This document shows, piece after piece, positions 1-8,299 of a stretch of DNA of 31,822 nucleotides (its first letter is position 1; each line of letters opens with the position of its first letter). The notes beneath the pieces were generated by a model, which had not been told where the DNA came from, searched no databases, and was given only the letters and a program-made list of their open reading frames with translations. The position numbers were made by a program, and so were the translations under genes. This stretch comes from Pseudomonadota bacterium (lineage in GTDB: Bacteria > Bdellovibrionota > Bdellovibrionia > Bdellovibrionales > SG-bin7). The stretch spans positions 1 through 31,822 of the forward strand of contig JAWXAY010000088.1 of assembly GCA_034439715.1 (NCBI GenBank), written 5' to 3'.

Positions 1-827
1 CCGCGACTTCGCACTCGGTGGTATGCTATGCCGATGCCGCCAGAAAATTTAGAGAGTAATGCGATATCCTTATAGCGCGAGTAAATGGCCTCAAGATCGT
101 CATTAGGTGAATCTAATAGATAACACGAAGACATTTGCGGACGTTGGGTGCCTGAATTAAATAGCGTGGGAGTGCTGGGGATGTAGGAGGTAGAAGACAT
201 CAACTCGTAAAACTCCAGAGCCTCAGCAGCTGTTTTTGCTAAGCCACAAGCGACACGCATAAAAAAGTACTGAGGTGTTTCTAAGGCAGTTCGTTTCTGA
301 GGGTCTTTAAGCAGGTAGCGATCATAAATTGTTCGTAGTCCAAAATATTCAAAATGATCTGTGCGATAATGTTTCACTGCCGCCGAAAGAACCGCTTTGT
401 GGCTTTCTACAAACTCAGCAACTTGATCGTTAATAAGACCGGCAGCGTGCGCTCTCTGAATTGAGTTAGGAAAGGAATCAATTTTTTGTGCGCTGACTTC
501 TTCTTCTATATAAAGAGCCAAGAGGCGGGCCGCGAGGCGTGAATATTGGGGCTCTTCGGCAATGAGAAGAGATGCCGTGGCCACACAGAGATTATCGAGT
601 TCGCTGGTCGTAGCGCCATCATAGAGACCACTAATCGCCTTAGTAGCCACACGCAGAGGATCAACTTCGCTCAAACCCTGGCAGCAGCGAGTAACTCGAG
701 TCACGATCTTGGTGACATCGACGGCTTCAAGCGAACCATTTCGCTTTTTCACTTTCATCACATGGGGTTCTATTGGTGGCGATTTTTTGTGACGAGTTAC
801 TATCAGCTCGTTTTGAGTTTCAATCAT
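1..827 (-). CDS. nrdA: Ribonucleoside-diphosphate reductase class Ia alpha subunit with N-terminal ATP-cone (3' end runs off the window)
   Basis: Not in the ORF track (no stop in window). Manual minus-strand translation from ATG 827 (SD GAGG upstream): MIETQNE...MKVKKRNGSLEAVDVTKIVTRV...LYDGATTSELD (ATP-cone), then ETPQYFFMRVA, PSTPTLFNSGT, QMSSCYL, SKFSGGIG, all characteristic of NrdA. Confidence 0.95.
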   Translation of the reverse strand, partial: MIETQNELIVTRHKKSPPIEPHVMKVKKRNGSLEAVDVTKIVTRVTRCCQGLSEVDPLRVATKAISGLYDGATTSELDNLCVATASLLIAEEPQYSRLAARLLALYIEEEVSAQKIDSFPNSIQRAHAAGLINDQVAEFVESHKAVLSAAVKHYRTDHFEYFGLRTIYDRYLLKDPQKRTALETPQYFFMRVACGLAKTAAEALEFYELMSSTSYIPSTPTLFNSGTQRPQMSSCYLLDSPNDDLEAIYSRYKDIALLSKFSGGIGIAYHRVRSR

Positions 828-867
828 GGAACAGATCCTCTTAATGTTTAAAGTGTGTATAAGAAAA

Positions 868-896
868 AGTGTGTCTTCTCGTACAAATTCCGTCAA
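868..896 (-). promoter_or_regulatory. Candidate sigma70 promoter of nrdA (TTGACG-N17-CACACT)
   Basis: Minus strand -35 TTGACG (896-891), 17-nt spacer, -10 CACACT (873-868), with an A/T-rich tract upstream. Confidence 0.5.
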
Positions 897-1025
897 ATTT
901 TTTTTTATTTTATTAAAAAATATTTTGAGCAAAAATGTGGCGCGAAAAAAAGAAATTAAATGATTTATTTTGATTGACTAAATCTGCAATCGGACAAATA
1001 GAGCTAATAAATTGGAGACAAAAAA

Positions 1026-1385
1026 ATGAATGATCTGATGACCGTTGCGGATTTTAAAGAGAAAATTCAGGCCTATTGTGAGGCTCGAAATTGGGATCAA
1101 TTTCACGGCATAAAGGATCTGTCAATTGGACTAGTTACCGAAGCGTGCGAACTCCTTGAGATTTTTAGGTTCAAATCGGATAGTGAAATAGAAGAGCTTA
1201 TGGCAAGTGCTAAAAGGAAAAGGGTTGAAGATGAGCTGGCTGATGTTTTGTTTTTTGTTATAAGAATTGCCGAAAAATACAAAATTAATTTGAGCCAAGC
1301 ATTTTTAGAAAAGATGAAAGTCAATGCGGCCAAGTATCCTGTTGAAAAGGCTTTCAATTCTAACAAGAAGTACGATGAGTTTTAG
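1026..1385 (+). CDS. MazG-like (dCTP pyrophosphatase/RS21-C6-like) nucleotide pyrophosphohydrolase
   Basis: RNWDQFH..KDL, EACELLE, EDELADV and NAAKYP motifs; SD GGAG upstream. Confidence 0.88.
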   Translation: MNDLMTVADFKEKIQAYCEARNWDQFHGIKDLSIGLVTEACELLEIFRFKSDSEIEELMASAKRKRVEDELADVLFFVIRIAEKYKINLSQAFLEKMKVNAAKYPVEKAFNSNKKYDEF

Positions 1386-1386
1386 A

Positions 1387-2160
1387 TTAAAAAATATTTC
1401 TTCTTGAGCGTAGCTCGGTAAAAACCTCTAAATCAGTTGCATCTTTTTTTTCAATGTTATTATGGATTTCCAGACTATGTGCGCGCAAAAAAGGATTGCA
1501 TTCCAATTCTGACTTTAAGGTGGTGGGAATGGTAGGATTATTTATTGATCGGAGCCGATTGATTTCTGCAAAGCGAGCGATCAATGCTTTGTTCTTGGGC
1601 TCAAGCGCCAATGCAAACTGCGCGTTCCTCTGGCTGTATTCATGAGTACAATAAATTTTTGTTTGTTCTGGCATAAGTTTTATTCGTTGCAGAGACTGAA
1701 GCATCTGGCCGGGTGTTCCTTCAAAAAGTCTACCGCAGCCTAAAGAGAACAAAACATCGCCACAAAAGAGTATCTCTTCTGTCTTAAAATAATAGGCAAT
1801 GTGCCCCAGAGTGTGCCCGGGTAAAAATAAAATCTGAATTGCAAACGGGCTCAAAAATATTTTTTCTTCGTCTTTTAAATATCGATCGGCCGGAATTCGT
1901 TGTCGATCGTGCTCTCCGGCATAGACTGTGGGTTGATACTTTGATCTTAAAAAATCAACGCCTCCAATGTGATCACTATGATGATGAGTGAGCAGAATGT
2001 GGTCTAAGGTCCAGCCTTTTTTTGTTAAAAAGTCGGCAACTGGCGGTCCTACTGCGGGATCCACACAAAAGGTAATATGGCTCACTTCGTCTCTCAAAAC
2101 AAAGACATAATTGTCCGATAGGACGGGTATAAGATGTACGGAAAATGGCCTCACGGACAT
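1387..2160 (-). CDS. gloB: Hydroxyacylglutathione hydrolase (glyoxalase II)
   Basis: DNY, THHHSDHIGG, PGHTLGH, GDVLFSLGCGR, HEYS and NPFLR motifs. Start trimmed to MSVRPF (2160 or 2163); the longer track ORF overlaps the divergent gene. Confidence 0.93.
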   Translation of the reverse strand: MSVRPFSVHLIPVLSDNYVFVLRDEVSHITFCVDPAVGPPVADFLTKKGWTLDHILLTHHHSDHIGGVDFLRSKYQPTVYAGEHDRQRIPADRYLKDEEKIFLSPFAIQILFLPGHTLGHIAYYFKTEEILFCGDVLFSLGCGRLFEGTPGQMLQSLQRIKLMPEQTKIYCTHEYSQRNAQFALALEPKNKALIARFAEINRLRSINNPTIPTTLKSELECNPFLRAHSLEIHNNIEKKDATDLEVFTELRSRRNIF

Positions 2161-2185
2161 CATTAATAATAGGAGTGGTCGGAAG

Positions 2186-2605
2186 ATGCAATATTTTGCT
2201 GGCGTTAAAGGGCGCGATGAAGTCCTGGCTAATATGCAGGCCGAAAGCGGGACCATTACCGATTTAAAACTTACCGCCATTGGTTGCCTGCCATTTTTAA
2301 AATTGGTCGACGAGTACCGGAGTAAAATCAAGGGAGAATTAAAAAGCTTAATGGTCCCAAGACTCTTGGATCATTCGAGTCTTATCATCAGGGAGCTGAT
2401 GCTTAAGTTAAAAGGCGAGTGGGATTTTCCGTATAAAGAAGTGATGCTTTGCCACTGTCGTGCGATCAGCTGTGCTAGAGTGGATGCTGCCGTTATTTTT
2501 GGGTCGAGATCGGCCGAAGAAGTGGCTAAATCCACATCTGCCGGAACGGGATGTGGCACCTGCCGAAAAGATACAGAAAATATTATTAGGTATCGGTTGG
2601 GTTAG
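2186..2605 (+). CDS. BFD-like [2Fe-2S] protein with a degenerate IscU/NifU-N-like N-terminal region
   Basis: C-terminal LCHC...AGTGCGTC; N-terminal GTITDLKLTAIGC resembles IscU. SD AGGAG at 2171-2175 before ATG 2186. Confidence 0.75.
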   Translation: MQYFAGVKGRDEVLANMQAESGTITDLKLTAIGCLPFLKLVDEYRSKIKGELKSLMVPRLLDHSSLIIRELMLKLKGEWDFPYKEVMLCHCRAISCARVDAAVIFGSRSAEEVAKSTSAGTGCGTCRKDTENIIRYRLG

Positions 2606-2885
2606 GGAAACCCTTCTTAGGTTTGATCTTTTTTTTGCCTCTCATATCGGGCACAATTTTTTCTGGAAAGGTTCCGTTGGCCAAATAGTGGTCAAGCAGC
2701 GGCCCTAACTTTCTTCGGCAAGAGCCGCCACAAGGGCCTACACCTGCCGTAGTCCTATCAAAAATTTTATTTAAAGTATCGGCCCCTGTGCAAATGGCGC
2801 CTTCTATAGTTGAGCGAGAAACGTTATTGCAAAGGCAGACGATCTCATTTTTCTGTTTTGTTTTTTGATTTATATTCTGGTTCAT
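2586..2885 (-). CDS. BFD-like (2Fe-2S)-binding protein
   Basis: IVCLCNNVS...TTAGVGPCGGSC; starts 1 nt after the DHH gene stop, so probably co-transcribed. Confidence 0.82.
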   Translation of the reverse strand: MNQNINQKTKQKNEIVCLCNNVSRSTIEGAICTGADTLNKIFDRTTAGVGPCGGSCRRKLGPLLDHYLANGTFPEKIVPDMRGKKKIKPKKGFPNPTDT

Positions 2886-2886
2886 T

Positions 2887-3897
2887 TTAAGCTGTGGCCT
2901 TAATTAATTTGGTTAGTTCGGTCACAATTGTCTGGCGAATCTTTGCGTAGGGCATCTCAACTGTGGCGCCAGAAGCAAACATGTGCCCGCCTCCACCTAA
3001 GAGTTCGGCAATTGCGCGCACCTCAAAGGCCCCTTTGCTACGAATGCTGACCTTGAATTGACTAGAACTTATCTCAATAATCATTGCTGCAGCCACCAAA
3101 GATTCCACATTCATGAGCAAGTCAATGAGGTCACGAGAATCTTCTACAGTCATGCCATGACTTTCTAAATCCTGAGCATTGATTTTAAGAATCGCCAATT
3201 GACTATCTTCAAAGTATTCCATCTGATCCAATACACTTGCGAGGAATTTAAACTTTTCAACCTTATGATTGGCAAAAAGAAAGCGGTGAACCTCTGCGGG
3301 ATCACATTCGTATTTTAAAAGATCAGCAGCAATGAGGTGCGAGGCGGGGGAGTTTCGCACATAACGGAATAGTTGGGTGTCAAAAGCAATGCTGGTATAA
3401 ATGGCGCGAGCCATTTGGGCATCAAATGGAATCCCAAGCTCCTTTATAATTTGGTAGGCAATCTCACCTGTGCTCGCGGCCTTAGTGTCGATATAAGAAG
3501 TAGGCGTTGGGCTCGGGCCTGCGGCTAGGATGGGATGATGATCCACAAAGATAATCTCTTTGCAGCACTTTTCTAAAGTGGGGTAGAGTGGCTCTAGCAA
3601 ACGCTTGTCGTTGGTGTCTAATATGAGAGCCAAATCCGTCGGTTGCACGGGATCAAACTTTTCTTCAAAATATTGCAGGTGTTTTTCTGGGTGCAGAAAT
3701 CTGTACTTATTTGGCACAGCATCGACATTGAGAACACGGACTTTTTTGCCGATTTTTTTAAAAGCATGGAAAAGCCCCAGTTGTGCCCCAAGGCCATCGC
3801 CGTCGCATTGGCGATGAGTGCTCAAGATGATGCTGGTGGCTCCTTCGATCTTACTTACTATTTTTTTTATTGCCATTTTACTAAGTCTTTTCGGCAT
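2887..3897 (-). CDS. nrnA: DHH/DHHA1 phosphoesterase (bifunctional oligoribonuclease/pAp phosphatase NrnA family)
   Basis: THRQCDGDGLG, LDT, VDHHP, AASTGEI, DTQLF, SIRS and GGGGH motifs. Start could be 3876. Confidence 0.88.
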   Translation of the reverse strand: MPKRLSKMAIKKIVSKIEGATSIILSTHRQCDGDGLGAQLGLFHAFKKIGKKVRVLNVDAVPNKYRFLHPEKHLQYFEEKFDPVQPTDLALILDTNDKRLLEPLYPTLEKCCKEIIFVDHHPILAAGPSPTPTSYIDTKAASTGEIAYQIIKELGIPFDAQMARAIYTSIAFDTQLFRYVRNSPASHLIAADLLKYECDPAEVHRFLFANHKVEKFKFLASVLDQMEYFEDSQLAILKINAQDLESHGMTVEDSRDLIDLLMNVESLVAAAMIIEISSSQFKVSIRSKGAFEVRAIAELLGGGGHMFASGATVEMPYAKIRQTIVTELTKLIKATA

Positions 3898-4034
3898 TTT
3901 ATTTCGAATAATAAAATCTCATTAGATGGTAAGAAGCACCCAGAAAACAAGGACTCATCTAGACTATTATCCTAACGCCACATGTAAATTTTTTATGATT
4001 CAACTAATAAGACTGAGTCCCTGCAGACAATTTT

Positions 4035-4050
4035 TCACAATATCTTGTGA
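4035..4050. promoter_or_regulatory. Palindromic operator TCACAATATCTTGTGA, NrdR-box-like
   Basis: 6-4-6 palindrome in the nrnA/greA divergent region; close match to the NrdR consensus acaCwAtATaTwGtg. Confidence 0.5.
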
Positions 4051-4108
4051 TTTTTCGTAATTTTGGGTAAAAATGTTGGCGTCAATAATTCAAGGAGTCA
4101 AAAACATA

Positions 4109-4600
4109 ATGGAGCAAGTAATGTCGTCTGATAAAGTCCCTATGACTCGCACCGGTAAAATATATCTAGATAACGAACTTAAAAGGCTAATGCAGGAGGA
4201 ACGACCTGCGGTCATTAAGGCGATAGAGTTTGCACGCTCTCTTGGTGACTTGAGTGAGAACGCTGACTATGAAGCTGCCAAAGAACGGCAGGCTTGGTGT
4301 GAAGCTCGGATTGCTGAAATTCAAGGCGCAATTGCCGGAGCCGAAGTTATAGACCCCTCCACATTGAGTGGCAATAAAGTTATCTTTGGCGCCTATGTTA
4401 GCTTGATAGACGTTGAGGCCGACAATGAAGTTACTTATCAAATTGTCGGGACACTGGAGTCTGACGTTAAGGGTGGCCGCATATCTGTTTTGTCACCGAT
4501 CGCGCGAGCTATGATTGGCAAAGTTGTGGGCGACGCGGTAGAAGTAAAGAGCCCTAAAGGTGTTAAAGAGTACCAAATAACCAAGATACAGTTTAAATAG
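4109..4600 (+). CDS. greA: Transcription elongation factor GreA
   Basis: ARSLGDLSENADYEAAKERQ and ISVLSPIARAMIGK. Start 4109 (SD AAGGAG) or 4121 (SD GGAG). Confidence 0.96.
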   Translation: MEQVMSSDKVPMTRTGKIYLDNELKRLMQEERPAVIKAIEFARSLGDLSENADYEAAKERQAWCEARIAEIQGAIAGAEVIDPSTLSGNKVIFGAYVSLIDVEADNEVTYQIVGTLESDVKGGRISVLSPIARAMIGKVVGDAVEVKSPKGVKEYQITKIQFK

Positions 4601-4608
4601 TTTCTGTC

Positions 4609-6570
4609 TTGCCCAAACGCCAATTATTTCTTCTATTTTCATCCCTGATAACGGCTCTAATATTAGGTCTCGGCACCCGAATCTATTTTTCTTCTGAAAC
4701 TATAAATTCTCGAGTTACAAAAGAAATCACCCGTCTGGCTCCATTTCTGGAGTTTAAGGTTCAAGACATCTCTCTTTCTTTAGCTGACGGAATGATGCCA
4801 CAGATAGCCTTAAAGATTTCGGGTCTTAAATTAAGCCAAAACGATTCTTGTCTACATGATACCAATTGGCTTGCTGATCAAATTTTTCTACCGCTAAACT
4901 GGGCAGCTCTGATTAGAGGAAAGTTAGCACTTGGAAAAATCCGAGTTCACGAGCTCAGTGTTTCCATTGGTTCTTATGCTGGTCGATACTCGTGCGCGCG
5001 GCCAGCTTCAAAGACACTCAAAGAAAAAGGATCAGAAGACACAAAGTCGGAATCCCCAGGTGCAGAAAAAATCACCCGTCCCCAACTGGATAGCCAGTTC
5101 AATGGACTGATCATTGAAAAATTCGTTGTGACGGCCCCGACAAAGACCAATTACGTGGTGGTCTTAAGGAATTTGGGAATAGAAAGTACGACGCCTAACT
5201 CGTCGCTAAAATTCACTGGTAATTTTGGCATGGCTTCTGAGGGCGTCGGAGAAGACGGCTGGCCGACTCTGAATTTTTTTGGTCTTGCTCAGGACAAACA
5301 TTTTAAGGTTGATCTCTTGGGGCGCTGGCGTGAAGGAGTTATTGAGGCTTCGCTTGATTATGGCATGACCGAAGGCGACTTGTTTAGATTAAAAAGTCAA
5401 TTGAAGCATTTGCCACTGGCTAACCTTATGAAAACCTATGAAGAGTATGAGGGACATACCGTAGGGCGTTTTCCGAGTAGCATGTGGCTGACTTGCGGCA
5501 TCGATTACACTGGTAAAATTTCGGAGTATCGGCAGGCACCAGTTGTTTTGGATCACTGTTTAATCGAGGGTGATGCTGGTAATTGGGAAAGCGAAAAACT
5601 AGTGCTGGATCCCTTTTATGGAACATGGCGAGAACCCTTTGCAGTCAAACTGACTGGGTTGCCGCTTAAAAGTTTAGTAAAATTTTTCAATATTGATGTT
5701 TTGGCAGGTGTACTCAACGAATACGGTTCACTGAGTGGACAGCTTTCGGTCAACTCCCCTGATACGCTAGATTTTTCGGGACAAATTTCAGATCTGGAGA
5801 TTTATTTTTCAAATAGAGGGGTTAGAGCTCATCAGCGGGTTCCCAAAGTTAAAATGCAAATCGAAAAAAAGAGTGGTCGCCTTTCTGGGATTTTTTCTGA
5901 ATTTTCATTTTTTCAAGGACGAGGTGATGCTATAGTGTCATTCAATTTTGATAAAAAGTTTCAAGAGGGCACGGTTCAGTTGCAGGCCAAGAGCATACTG
6001 TTTGCACCCAATGTCCAGGAACTTTTGGTAGGAAATCGTTTAGGACCTCTAGAGGCTTTCGGAAAAATTAAAGTATCAGAGGGAAATTTTGAGTTTTTCA
6101 AAGGTGATTTAGGCTTTGAGTACATCGAAAGCCAAGAAACAAAAGCGGAAAAAATTAAGGTCAGTCTAAATTATGTAGAAAACAATTTAAAATCGACTCT
6201 GTCGGCGCAAAAAATTTCGCTGGCATCTTCGAGCAAAAAAATTGAGTATTTGCGACCGATGCTGTTGGATAAGGTTATCACTGACCCTTGGGTAGAACTT
6301 CGAAATTTTTTAGTTCATATAGATGGTAATAGAGAAAGGCTAACCTGGAACAAAGGCGTAGTTTACATTCCCCAGGAACAGGCCACAATCAGTTCTGAAG
6401 GTAGCTGGCAGAATAATTTTGGACTTGCAGGCTGGATCAGCGTTGACTTTCCGGCCATGAAATTACTCCGCTGGGAAGTCAGTGGAGATCTCAATCATCC
6501 AAGAATTTTGCCGAGTTCCCAGTGGTTAAAAGAACTCGTTTCCGAAAAACCAAGTAAAAAGAAAAACTAA
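4609..6570 (+). CDS. Membrane-anchored, beta-strand-rich periplasmic protein, probably AsmA/TamB-like
   Basis: 653-aa ORF with a single N-terminal TM helix, 'LNWAALIRGKL' and C-terminal 'VSGDLNHP' reminiscent of AsmA-family proteins; TTG start 8 nt after the greA stop. Family call is inference. Confidence 0.55.
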   Translation: MPKRQLFLLFSSLITALILGLGTRIYFSSETINSRVTKEITRLAPFLEFKVQDISLSLADGMMPQIALKISGLKLSQNDSCLHDTNWLADQIFLPLNWAALIRGKLALGKIRVHELSVSIGSYAGRYSCARPASKTLKEKGSEDTKSESPGAEKITRPQLDSQFNGLIIEKFVVTAPTKTNYVVVLRNLGIESTTPNSSLKFTGNFGMASEGVGEDGWPTLNFFGLAQDKHFKVDLLGRWREGVIEASLDYGMTEGDLFRLKSQLKHLPLANLMKTYEEYEGHTVGRFPSSMWLTCGIDYTGKISEYRQAPVVLDHCLIEGDAGNWESEKLVLDPFYGTWREPFAVKLTGLPLKSLVKFFNIDVLAGVLNEYGSLSGQLSVNSPDTLDFSGQISDLEIYFSNRGVRAHQRVPKVKMQIEKKSGRLSGIFSEFSFFQGRGDAIVSFNFDKKFQEGTVQLQAKSILFAPNVQELLVGNRLGPLEAFGKIKVSEGNFEFFKGDLGFEYIESQETKAEKIKVSLNYVENNLKSTLSAQKISLASSSKKIEYLRPMLLDKVITDPWVELRNFLVHIDGNRERLTWNKGVVYIPQEQATISSEGSWQNNFGLAGWISVDFPAMKLLRWEVSGDLNHPRILPSSQWLKELVSEKPSKKKN

Positions 6571-6599
6571 AAAAATCTAAGCAGCATCAACTTAAGAAA

Positions 6600-8282
6600 T
6601 TAAGGGGTCACTTCTTGCCAAGTTACGAAAGCAGGCTTTCGCTGCGAGTACACTATAGAATTCCCTTCGACATCGGTAAGGCGTAAATTAGCATTCGCCC
6701 ATCGTGTGAGGGCTTGCGCTTCGACATTGCTGCGAGGCACTTTTAAAATGGAAATACCTAAACGCTCCAAATTTATACGAGTACTCACTAACTCAAAACA
6801 GCTATCATCTTCAGCCATGAAGGGATCAACAAATTTGCAGTTTTTGAGCTGAGGATTAAAAATCTGATGAGTCAGGCGTAAAAATGAACTTTTGCTTTCA
6901 GCCTGAAATTTGACAGAAAAAAACTTTTTGTCCTCGGAGACCGTCACAGGATCGGTTTGCACATTTTCAAGCGGAGTTTTATGTTCACTATAGGCGTCTA
7001 AGAACTCTGGGCTGTTAGCTAATATTTCACTTCGCAAGAAAGTTGTAAACACGTCCCAGCCGTGAGAAAGACCGAAACCACAATGGCTGCCAGTGGCGGT
7101 ATGGAGTATTTGAATTTGGCTACCTTCGCGGTTCGCTACATCTAATAGCTTTAGAGAATTATCACGGGAATCAATGGCGGGATCGTCGTGAGCTGCCCAA
7201 ATAGCCAGGGGAGTCGTTATTTGAGCGGCCAAATCCACAAAATTATTATAACGCCAATACTCATCTAAAGATTTAGGAATAATGATGCGAATGATTTCTG
7301 CCAACCATTTCAGTGGGTGGCGCCCATAGTGGTCAAGTGAAGCTTCAGCGACAATTTCTTTCATTCGGCTGGTGCTCGGTTTTCTGCCCTCAGGAATAAG
7401 GCGGTCGATGATAGGGACTTGCCCCAACATTTCTTTTAGCTCCCACCATATCTTTTCCTGTAAAAATTTTCCAGCGAGCGTGTCTTTCATAATATTGTTA
7501 ATGGCCGGCTCAAGATCTACTACTGGGCACAAACCCATTGCGCTGCTAAATACGCGATTGTCAGCGTGGGGATTAATATCATTGTAAAGGGTGGCAAAAA
7601 GCGAGGCGTGGCCGCCAAGACTATCACCCACTAAATGAATGCTAGAAATGCGGCCTCTTAAATCTTCATTGTAATACTTAAGCCAGCGCGCGACTTCGTA
7701 AACATACTGGCCCTCTTGGTGTCCGCCAGCGTAAAGCGTTTGATTGCTCAAACCAAATTCCGCGCTCGTTGAGCTTCCCAAAACTAATATATGAAATGGT
7801 GATTCATCAAACAAATGCATAAGTGGCCAGCGCATAGACGACGAGCCATTGGTGCCCGTGGTCAGGCCACTTTGCATTACTATGAGCGGGCGAGGCGTGT
7901 AATCGGGTTTGAGTCCGAGCACCCCATGCACGACGGTATTATTTTTTAGTCGAATGGAAATCTTACTAATAAAGGGATTATTCTGGTATTCATATTCCGT
8001 ACTAAAAAGTTGCAGCATGCTGGTAATGCCAGATTCGCCCATCAGAGTTAAAAAGCGTTCACAATCAGTAAAGTAACGAGTTACCGCTGCTGATCTTTCA
8101 AAAGAACTCGGCGCCATACGAATTATTTTCTCGAGTCGATTTGTAGAGCATTCCGTCGGCAGCTCACGTAAGCGTTTTCCGTCTGGAATCCAGGTTAAGA
8201 ATCCCGTGTTTGCTTTTTGAGCTGCCTGCGAAAAAAGACTGAAGCTGAAAACTGACACCGCGACTAGATATTGGAAAGACAC
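6600..8282 (-). CDS. Secreted alpha/beta-fold hydrolase (lipase/esterase-like)
   Basis: Signal peptide (SQA), nucleophile elbow GDSLGG, HDDP (Asp) and GSHCG (His); SD GGGGAG before GTG. Confidence 0.8.
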   Translation of the reverse strand: MSFQYLVAVSVFSFSLFSQAAQKANTGFLTWIPDGKRLRELPTECSTNRLEKIIRMAPSSFERSAAVTRYFTDCERFLTLMGESGITSMLQLFSTEYEYQNNPFISKISIRLKNNTVVHGVLGLKPDYTPRPLIVMQSGLTTGTNGSSSMRWPLMHLFDESPFHILVLGSSTSAEFGLSNQTLYAGGHQEGQYVYEVARWLKYYNEDLRGRISSIHLVGDSLGGHASLFATLYNDINPHADNRVFSSAMGLCPVVDLEPAINNIMKDTLAGKFLQEKIWWELKEMLGQVPIIDRLIPEGRKPSTSRMKEIVAEASLDHYGRHPLKWLAEIIRIIIPKSLDEYWRYNNFVDLAAQITTPLAIWAAHDDPAIDSRDNSLKLLDVANREGSQIQILHTATGSHCGFGLSHGWDVFTTFLRSEILANSPEFLDAYSEHKTPLENVQTDPVTVSEDKKFFSVKFQAESKSSFLRLTHQIFNPQLKNCKFVDPFMAEDDSCFELVSTRINLERLGISILKVPRSNVEAQALTRWANANLRLTDVEGNSIVYSQRKPAFVTWQEVTP

Positions 8283-8299
8283 AAAAACTCCCCTCTGTT

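Noticed and set aside
546..851. 101-aa + strand ORF in the track
   Set aside because: Antisense shadow of nrdA, which occupies the minus strand.
897..970. Long A/T homopolymer tracts between nrdA and the MazG-like gene
   Set aside because: Consistent with ordinary UP-element or bent promoter DNA; no DnaA-box cluster to suggest an origin.
2161..2331. N-terminal extension of the gloB ORF (and of the BFD ORF from 2111)
   Set aside because: The extensions would overlap head-to-head; family similarity starts at MSVRPF and MQYF respectively.
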